Positions 25,642 to 32,000 of a DNA stretch of 32,000 nucleotides are shown one piece after another. The stretch comes from Acidothermus cellulolyticus 11B. Its GTDB lineage: Bacteria > Actinomycetota > Actinomycetes > Acidothermales > Acidothermaceae. The position numbers were made by a program, and so were the translations under genes. The stretch spans positions 60,001 through 92,000 of the forward strand of contig NC_008578.1 in NCBI RefSeq assembly GCF_000015025.1, written 5' to 3'. Position 1 is the first letter of the stretch, and each line of letters opens with the position of its first letter. The notes beneath the pieces were generated by a model. The model was not told the DNA's origin. It saw only the letters and a list, made by a program, of their open reading frames with translations, and ran no database searches.

Positions 25642-27051
25642 GTGCCGCTCCGTCTGCACGACACCCGTTCGCGAGGGCTGCGGGAATTCCAACCCGCGGA
25701 TCCGCCCCGCGTGACCATGTATGTCTGCGGTGCCACGGTGCAAGCCCCGCCGCACATCGGGCATCTGCGTTCGGGCTTGGTCTTTGACGTCCTCGTCCGA
25801 TGGCTTGCCGTGCATGGCTACGACGTCGTCTTCTGCCGGAATGTGACCGATATTGACGACAAGATTCTGCGGGTCGCGGCCGCGGAGGGAATTCCGTGGT
25901 GGCAGGTCGCGTACCGGAATTACCGCCTCTTTGATTCGGCTTATCGTCTGCTCGGTTGCGTACCGCCGACCGTCGAACCGTGGGCCACCGGCCATATTCC
26001 GCAAATCATCGCGCTGATTCGCCGCCTGATCGACGCCGGTCACGCGTACCCCGCCGGCGGGGATGTGTATTTCGCGGTACGCTCCTTTCCCGCGTACGGC
26101 GGGCTCTCCGGACGGGATCCGGACGCGCTGCAGGCCGGCGAGTCTGACGGCGTCCACAAGCGGGATCCGTTGGATTTTGCGCTGTGGAAGGGTGCCAAGC
26201 CGGGCGAACCGTCATGGGAGAGTCCGTGGGGACCTGGACGGCCCGGCTGGCACATCGAATGCTCGGCGATGTCCACGACGTATCTGGGTTCGACTTTCGA
26301 CATTCACGGCGGCGGGCTGGACCTCCTCTTCCCGCACCATGAGAATGAATGCGCGCAGTCGCAGGCGGCGGGTGATGGTTTCGCGCGCTACTGGCTGCAT
26401 AACGGTCTGGTGACGCTGCGCGGCGAAAAGATGAGCAAGTCGCTTGGCAACGTGCTGTCGATGGACCAGTTGCTCGAACTCGTCCGCCCGATTGAGCTGA
26501 GATATTACCTCATCGGCGCGCATTACCGCTCGACGCTCGATTTTTCGGAAGAGTCGCTGGAAGAGGCAGCCGCCGCGTATCGGCGTATCGAGGGTTTTCT
26601 CCTGCGCGCCCAGGAGTTGGTGGGTGAATTACCGGCTGCCGACCCGCAGACGGGTCTCATCGACCGGCTGCCGCCCGAATTCGTTGCCGCGCTTGACGAT
26701 GACCTCGCGGTGCCGCGTGCGCTTGCCGTCATGCATTCGGTCGTCCGGCAAGGAAACGCGGCCTTGGCGGAGACAGACAAGACGGCGGTCCGCCGGTTTC
26801 TCGGCGAGGTGACCGCAATGCTTGACGTCATGGGTCTCCGCCCACCGGACGACGGATCCCGGCTGGACGCTCTGCGGCGCGTTGTCGACAATCTCGCGCG
26901 GCTGGTCCTGGACGAACGGGAAGCGGCTCGGCAACGGCGGGATTTTGCCACTGCTGATGCGCTGCGTGCGCGGTTGACCGACGCGGGAATTGTGGTCGAG
27001 GATACGCCAAGCGGTCCGCGATGGCACCTTCGCGACCTTGACCTGCCGTGA
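25642..27051 (+). CDS. cysS: cysteine--tRNA ligase
   Basis: HIGH (PHIGH) and KMSKS motifs, plus Zn-ligand context MYVCG / HIECSAM / HHENE. Confidence 0.95.
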
Positions 27052-27079
27052 CGCGTCGCCGTGACGGTGGAATGATCCG

Positions 27080-27832
27080 GTGATGCGCAGCGAGGACACG
27101 CTGATCGGCGGCCGTAATCCTGCCGTGGAAGCGCTGCGATCCGGTGTGCCGGTTCGGCGGGTGCTGCTTGCGGATGGGATCGATTCGGATCGACGGGTCC
27201 AGGAGATCCGCGAACGGTGCGAACACGACGGCATCGAGATCCGGGTCGTCGCCCGCCGGGAACTGGACCGGCTGACTGGTACCGGGCACCAGGGTGTCGT
27301 GGTCGTCGTCCCGCCGTTCACTTATGCCGATGAGCGCGAGATCGTAGACCGCGCGTTCGAGCGCGCACCGCACCTTCTTCTTGCTGTCGATGGCGTGACG
27401 GATCCACGAAATCTTGGCGCCATCGTGCGCAGTGCGGCGGCGTTTGGCGCCAGTGGGGTGCTGCTGCCGAAGCGGAGGGCCGCTGGCGTCACGCCCGCGG
27501 TGTGGAAGGCGTCGGCGGGCGCCTTGGCCCGCATGCCGCTGGCGCGGGTGACGAATATGGCCCGCGTGCTCGTCGCGTTGGCTGAGCGGAATGTCACCGT
27601 CGTCGGACTGTCAGCTGACGGCGACACGACCATTCAGCAGGCGGCTGACGACGCCGGTGGCGGGCCGGTCGCTCTTGTCGTTGGCGCGGAAGGGAGGGGA
27701 TTGTCCCGGCTCGTGCGGGAGAAGTGCACGGTCGTCGCATCGATTCCGATGACCGGGACCGTCGAGTCGTTGAACGTTTCGGTGGCGACGGGAATTGCCC
27801 TGTTCGTGCTCTCCCAGCGGCTGTCAGGGTGA
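27080..27832 (+). CDS. rlmB: SpoU/TrmH-family 23S rRNA 2'-O-methyltransferase (RlmB-like)
   Basis: GRNPAVEAL substrate-binding N-domain and SpoU motifs DPRNLGAIVRSA, GAEGRGL, SLNVSVATG. GTG 27080 or ATG 27083. Confidence 0.8.
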   Translation: MMRSEDTLIGGRNPAVEALRSGVPVRRVLLADGIDSDRRVQEIRERCEHDGIEIRVVARRELDRLTGTGHQGVVVVVPPFTYADEREIVDRAFERAPHLLLAVDGVTDPRNLGAIVRSAAAFGASGVLLPKRRAAGVTPAVWKASAGALARMPLARVTNMARVLVALAERNVTVVGLSADGDTTIQQAADDAGGGPVALVVGAEGRGLSRLVREKCTVVASIPMTGTVESLNVSVATGIALFVLSQRLSG

Positions 27833-29080
27833 CCGCCCCTTGAGGGATTCGGCGAATTCTTCCGCCGGCGTGCCGAGAACGGCCTGCTCATCGGGTCGGA
27901 ACCGCAGGACATTTTCAATGTACGAGCGGGTCGCGGCGTCCATGCCGATGTCGTGACCCGCGGCTTCGGACATGAACCAGCGGTGTTCGAGGACTTCGTG
28001 GAAAATCTCCGCTGGTTCCAGTTTTCCGCGCAGTTCGGGCGGAATCTGTTCGATGACTGGTTCAAAGACGTCGGTGAGCCAATGGCGGGCGACGGTCTCC
28101 TCGTCGACGTCGACACCGGGCATGACGGCGGTGGCACGGAACGTATCGAGGTCCTGGAGAAGCCGCCGCGCCTGATTCTCCTCGACGCGCAGGCCGGTGA
28201 GCTGGTAAAGCCGCCGTTGATGATGACCGGCTTCGACGACCTGCGTCTGGAATTTCACGCGGCGGCCTTTCGGATCGTCGACGATTTGAATCTCGGTGGC
28301 GTCAAAACCGAGCTCGGAGAGCCGCTGAAGCCGCTGCTCGATGCGCCACAATTCGTCGGGGCCGAGAATTTCCTCCCGGGTCAGCTCATTCCAGAGCATT
28401 TCGTAGCGCCGCACGATGTCATCGGCCACCTCCGCGGGATCGATCGCTTCGTCGAGCAGGCCGCCGGCCTCCAAGTCGTACAGTTCACCGGCGATGTTCA
28501 CCGAGGCGATCTCGAGGTCTTGCGCACGCTGGCCGTCGCTCAGTTGGTCGTGAAGCTCCCCGGTTTCTGCGTCCACGAGGTAGGCGGCCAGCGCACCGGC
28601 GTCCCGTCGGAACAGCGTGTTGGACAACGAGCAGTCTTTCCAGGCAAAACCAGCGAGGTGGAGGCGGACGAGGAGCTGGGCCAGCGCGTCGAGAAGCTTG
28701 CTGGTCAACTCGGGTTCCAGCCGCCGACTGAAGAGTGCCCGATACGGCAGGGAGAACCGCAGATGCTTGGTGACCAGGGCGGCGTCGAGCGGCCGGCCGT
28801 CGTCGGTGGTTCGGTCAAAGACGACGCCGCGCGCTTTCACCACCGGGACTTCCCGTTTGGCCAGCTCGCGGAGCATCCGGTACTCGCGTTCGGCTGTCTG
28901 TTTGGGCAGTTCCTTGATCGCATAAACGGTTCCGCTGACCCGGACGAAGCGGACGACGTGGCGGGAGATGCCTCGGGGAAGCGTGACGAGCCGGTCCGCC
29001 GGCCACTGCTCGAGGGGCAACGACCACGGCAGGGAGAGCAATTCGGCTGGATCGGTCGTTGACGCGAACTGCATGCGCAT
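27824..29080 (-). CDS. DUF4032-domain protein with N-terminal Kdo/RIO-like kinase fold
   Basis: 418-aa ORF: VYAIKELP...EYRMLRELA, HLAGFAWKDCSLSNTLF, LVDAETGE, then a C-terminal DUF4032-like region. Confidence 0.75.
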   Translation of the reverse strand: MRMQFASTTDPAELLSLPWSLPLEQWPADRLVTLPRGISRHVVRFVRVSGTVYAIKELPKQTAEREYRMLRELAKREVPVVKARGVVFDRTTDDGRPLDAALVTKHLRFSLPYRALFSRRLEPELTSKLLDALAQLLVRLHLAGFAWKDCSLSNTLFRRDAGALAAYLVDAETGELHDQLSDGQRAQDLEIASVNIAGELYDLEAGGLLDEAIDPAEVADDIVRRYEMLWNELTREEILGPDELWRIEQRLQRLSELGFDATEIQIVDDPKGRRVKFQTQVVEAGHHQRRLYQLTGLRVEENQARRLLQDLDTFRATAVMPGVDVDEETVARHWLTDVFEPVIEQIPPELRGKLEPAEIFHEVLEHRWFMSEAAGHDIGMDAATRSYIENVLRFRPDEQAVLGTPAEEFAESLKGRSP

Positions 29081-29584
29081 GATTCCACTTTCCCATGACG
29101 GGGGTTCGGATCGGGCTCACGTCCCAGCGGTTGTGGTCGGGCTGATGCCACGGGGTTGGTGGGCGGAGGCGCGTGGCGTTGGAGCAGGGTCGGCGGGGCA
29201 GGAAGCGGCCGCGGGCTTCGGCAGGGCAGCGATCGAGCGTGGCTGGGTGGAGATCTCGTCGGCCGACGTGCCGGGTTGCGGTCGGCCGGGGCTGGGTGGC
29301 GTCGTCGCCGGCGCGAGTGCCGGGCGTCGCGGCGGGTCGCACGTGTCCGGGCGGGCCGGGGCTGCTGGCCTCGGCCGTTCCGTGCGTAGCCCCCGGCCCG
29401 GCCTGTCCCGACGTACGTGCCCGGGCCGACGCGGTCCGCGCCCGCTCCGATCGCGGGCCGGTTGGTCGGGTCGGTGAGTGGACCGGAAGCGGCTCAGACG
29501 ACGCGATCGAGCACCGGCTCTGTGGCGGGCAGCCGCTAGGATCGAGCTCGGTCCGCGTGACCCGCCCGCCGTGGGTGGGCAGCA

Positions 29585-29657
29585 GCCGGCGTGGCGCAAT
29601 TGGCAGCGCATCCGACTTGTAATCGGAAGGTTAGGGGTTCGATTCCCCTCGCCGGCT
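29585..29657 (+). tRNA. tRNA-Thr (anticodon TGT)
   Basis: Manual cloverleaf: acceptor GCCGGCG/CGCCGGC, D stem GCGC/GCGC, anticodon stem TCCGA/TCGGA with loop CTTGTAA, T arm AGGGG-TTCGATT-CCCCT. All stems are fully Watson-Crick. No encoded CCA. Confidence 0.9.
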
Positions 29658-29788
29658 CGAGACCGGCGCCGGGTTCAGCGTCCGGCCGTCAGGCGTTATC
29701 GCGACCGCGGCAGATCGCACGGCCTCCGTGACCGAAGGTGCAGCGGCTGGCCGTCGCACCTCATCGACAGCCCCGGCCATCGGTCGAT

Positions 29789-30391
29789 CTAATTGCGCAA
29801 CCAGGCCCGGTTGGCGAGTGCGCGGATCCTGCGTCTGTTCAAACCGGCGAACGTGGCGACCAGAAGACCGAGTCCCACCCAGAGGGCGGTCAGGTTGCCG
29901 GTGACCGGTACGGGTTTACTGGCGCAGGTGGGTTGTGTGGTGGTGCTGAAGAAGTACCGGTGACCCATCAGGTCCCACTCCACGTACGGGTTCCATGGCA
30001 CCGGGGTCCAGGTCACGGTGAATGCGGTGGTCGACGTGCCGGTCCAGAACGTCGTGATGTGGCCGGGATTGCTGGCGCTGCCGCCATTGGCCCGCAGGGC
30101 GTTGTTGGCGCCGCCTCTGCCATTGGTCGGCGCGGCGGCGTAAAGGTCGAAATCCGTAGGGTTGCGATATCCGAGGGCAATTGTCCAGGTGCCGTCGCCG
30201 TTGTTCCAGGCGCAGGCGGCCGTACCGACCAGCTGCTGGCACGTTCGCCAGTCCTGAGACTGATGCGATACCGTGTCGCAGTTGATGAGCGTGGCAGCGC
30301 GTGCCGGCGATGCGGGTACCGCAAGCACGACGGCGGCGCCGGCGAGAATGCCGGCGCTGACGACCGCCCGGATCCGGACTCCCATCGCCAC
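29789..30391 (-). CDS. secreted hypothetical protein with sortase-like C-terminal sorting signal
   Basis: Signal peptide ...AVPASPARA/ATL. Cys-containing beta-rich domain. C-terminus VPVTG + hydrophobic LTALWVGLGLLVATFAGL + NRRRIR. Start GTG 30391 or ATG 30385. Confidence 0.6.
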   Translation of the reverse strand: MAMGVRIRAVVSAGILAGAAVVLAVPASPARAATLINCDTVSHQSQDWRTCQQLVGTAACAWNNGDGTWTIALGYRNPTDFDLYAAAPTNGRGGANNALRANGGSASNPGHITTFWTGTSTTAFTVTWTPVPWNPYVEWDLMGHRYFFSTTTQPTCASKPVPVTGNLTALWVGLGLLVATFAGLNRRRIRALANRAWLRN

Positions 30392-30550
30392 CTACGCCGC
30401 CGACAGCCACAGCTGCTGGAAATTCACCTCTTAGAAATCGGCTGTGTGCGGGAAAACTGTAGCGCCGGTCGGCGTAGCTGATGCTCAGCCGAACGGCGCT
30501 ATCGGATCCGTCGCCCAGACGGTGCTATGGAGCGGTGGGGCGCATCGTCG

Positions 30551-30709
30551 TCACCATCGGTACCACCGCGAGCCAGAACCGGAGCGGAACGCGAAACCGG
30601 CCAGCCACGCGAGGAAGAAGACAATTGCGATGATCCAAAGCCAGTGAAGAGCGAATCCCAGTCCGCCAAAAATCAAGGCGAGCAGGAGAACGAGCAGAAC
30701 GACACCCAT
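30551..30709 (-). CDS. 52-aa hydrophobic membrane protein (actinobacterial ...RWYRW family)
   Basis: ATG 30709 with GGAGG 6 nt upstream. MGVVLLVLLLALIFGGLGFALHWLWIIAIVFFLAWLAGFAFRSGSGSRWYRW. Below the track cutoff. Confidence 0.5.
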   Translation of the reverse strand: MGVVLLVLLLALIFGGLGFALHWLWIIAIVFFLAWLAGFAFRSGSGSRWYRW

Positions 30710-30808
30710 GGAAACCTCCATTATGTTCGGAATTGGGTTGTGTCGGTGGAAATGCGTGACAGCCGGGGATCCGGGCCGCAGAGATGTCTCGGATGAGGTG
30801 GCCGCGGC

Positions 30809-31045
30809 CTAGTACGTGTCCTCTCGTTCGATGATGTGTTCACGCGCCGTCGTCGGCGTTGTTTCGATGATGCGGGTCCGACGTCGCGGTGCGAAGACGG
30901 TGAGCACCGTGATGAGTCCGATGGCGCCCGCCACCATCAAGATTATTCCGATGGTCTGTACGGAGACGCCACTGACCGACGTGTGGACGGCGAAGGTCAG
31001 GATGGCGCCGACAGCCATCAGGAATATCGCTGCGCCGATACCCAT
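30809..31045 (-). CDS. DUF6458-like small membrane protein
   Basis: 78 aa, GAGGAGG SD upstream. MGIGAAIFLMAVGAILTFAVHTSVSGVSVQTIGIILMVAGAIGLI matches my recollection of DUF6458. Confidence 0.6.
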   Translation of the reverse strand: MGIGAAIFLMAVGAILTFAVHTSVSGVSVQTIGIILMVAGAIGLITVLTVFAPRRRTRIIETTPTTAREHIIEREDTY

Positions 31046-31197
31046 CGGATACCTCCTCGGGTCCCACCTCAGGTCGAGGTGATACTGGAGCCAGCTATAC
31101 CCGGCCCCGCCATCGGCAAACCAACGTTGGTGCGGTCTTCAGCCAGGCACCGGACCCGAGATGCTCACCTTCGAGGGCGGGAACACGCACTAAGAAG

Positions 31198-31285
31198 GAC
31201 GATCATCCCTGCCTGTCGACGAACCCGGCGCACGGTCGACCAAACGGCACGCACCCAAGGGTGGCGATTATCCCTGCCTGCCGAC
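31198..31285. repeat. 23-nt direct repeat G(A/G)CGAT(C/T)ATCCCTGCCTG(T/C)CGAC x2
   Basis: Copies at 31198-31220 and 31263-31285 (3 mismatches), in the spacer downstream of regX3. Confidence 0.75.
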
Positions 31286-31287
31286 AG

Positions 31288-31308
31288 GTGGGCATCGTCC
31301 ATGCCCAC
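31288..31308 (-). terminator. perfect 8-bp hairpin downstream of regX3
   Basis: GTGGGCAT-CGTCC-ATGCCCAC, 25 nt after the regX3 stop. No U-tract. Confidence 0.3.
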
Positions 31309-31332
31309 GGGTGGGTGTCGTCCCGGATGCTG

Positions 31333-32000
31333 TTACGGCTCGAATTTGTATCCAACTCCGCGAACGGTCACTAAGTGCCGCGGTTCGGAAGGGTCGTCTT
31401 CGATGCGGCTGCGCAGCCGCTTGACATGGACATCCAGGGTTTTCGTGTCACCGACGTAATCGCCGCCCCAGATCCGATCGATGAGCTGTTGCCGGGTGAG
31501 CACCCGTCCGGCGTGACGCACCAGCATCTCGAGGAGCTCAAACTCCCGGAGCGGAAGATGCACGGGAGCGCCGCGTACCAGTACGACGTGCCGGTCAATG
31601 TCGATCCGGACCGGACCCGCCTCGAGGACCGTCGTCCGCTGTTCGTCACCGCCACCGTCCCGACGTCGGAGCACGGCGCGAATTCGGGCTACCAGCTCGC
31701 GCGACGAGAAAGGCTTGGTCACGTAGTCATCGGCCCCGAGCTCGAGACCGACCACCTTGTCGACCTCACTGTCCCGAGCAGTCAGCATGATGATGGGAAC
31801 GTTGCTGCGCTCCCGCAGCCGACGGCAGACATCTGTCCCGGACAGCCCGGGAAGCATGAGGTCGAGCAGGACGAGATCGGCGCCCTGCCGCTCAAAGAGT
31901 TCCAGCCCCTCCGTTCCCGAGCCTGCCGTGTGGACGACGAATCCTTCACGGCGAAGCATGTACGCCAGAGTCTCGGAGAATGACTCCTCGTCCTCGATGA
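31333..32000 (-). CDS. regX3: OmpR-family response regulator RegX3 (5' end beyond right edge)
   Basis: ...IEDEESFSETLAYMLRREGF...LLDLMLPGLSGTDVCRRLR...VGLELGADDYVTKPFSSRELVARIRAVLRR...TLDVHVKRLRSRIE...VTVRGVGYKFEP is nearly colinear with mycobacterial RegX3 from memory. The reading frame stays open to position 32000. Confidence 0.9.
   Translation of the reverse strand, partial: IEDEESFSETLAYMLRREGFVVHTAGSGTEGLELFERQGADLVLLDLMLPGLSGTDVCRRLRERSNVPIIMLTARDSEVDKVVGLELGADDYVTKPFSSRELVARIRAVLRRRDGGGDEQRTTVLEAGPVRIDIDRHVVLVRGAPVHLPLREFELLEMLVRHAGRVLTRQQLIDRIWGGDYVGDTKTLDVHVKRLRSRIEDDPSEPRHLVTVRGVGYKFEP

Noticed and set aside
29101-29584. Possibility that the GC-rich spacer encodes tmRNA, RNase P RNA or SRP RNA
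   Set aside because: I could not find the conserved RNase P GGAAAGTCCGG / ACAGAA..CCGGCTTA elements or a tmRNA tag ORF ending in ...ALAA. The only tRNA-like T-arm belongs to the complete tRNA-Thr.
28968-29622. Track ORFs 28968-29477(+), 29117-29611(-), 29173-29622(+), 29156-29389(+) in the GC-rich spacer
   Set aside because: Manual phase count shows no third-position GC bias (A/T split 18/21/21). The compositions are Arg/Gly/Pro-rich, and two of the ORFs run through the tRNA-Thr gene.
29658-31332. tRNA-associated integrated mobile element
   Set aside because: There is no integrase or recombinase ORF, and no direct repeat of the tRNA 3' end (GGTTCGATTCCCCTCGCCGGC) downstream in the window. 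Only the weaker accessory-looking description is retained as a finding.

Overview
High-GC (roughly 70-75%) actinobacterial chromosomal segment, densely coding. I support about 38 protein genes and one tRNA-Thr. I found no rRNA, CRISPR array, transposase, integrase or att duplication. Most ORF-track entries are GC-rich shadow ORFs or N-terminal over-extensions, so I re-derived starts from RBS, overlap and leaderless geometry.

Gene content is mostly conserved actinobacterial core:
- rhodanese plus DUF1416
- Fur-family regulator, YgfZ and Dtd
- XRE regulator plus HbhA-like protein
- aldo/keto reductase, DUF2516, macro-domain protein, GH20 hexosaminidase
- MshA and GpmA
- CarD, PIN/TRAM protein, IspD, IspF, CysS, RlmB
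- DUF4032 protein and RegX3

From memory, this order recalls Mycobacterium and Streptomyces core regions. I see no convincing novel multi-gene system such as a defence island.

Leads worth a second look:
1. An unannotated leaderless Cys-rich short ORF sits inside a 4x CCATGACGG array upstream of the rhodanese operon. It is a candidate cysteine-responsive attenuator.
2. An RsiG-type protein carries two exact c-di-GMP-binding motifs and is divergent from an 898-aa DUF4388/PATAN repeat protein.
3. The IspD homologue in the canonical ispDF-cysS context appears to lack the catalytic Lys residues.
4. A membrane-anchored thioredoxin-fold protein with CxC is paired with a PCu(A)C-like lipoprotein lacking His/Met ligands.
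5. A 0.5-kb, ~80% GC spacer with no codon periodicity lies upstream of tRNA-Thr.
6. A tightly coupled receiver-PP2C / membrane protein / DUF3817 / CorA operon is divergent from a SigL-like ECF sigma/ZAS pair.
7. Three small accessory-looking genes follow the tRNA, one with a sortase-like C-terminal signal.
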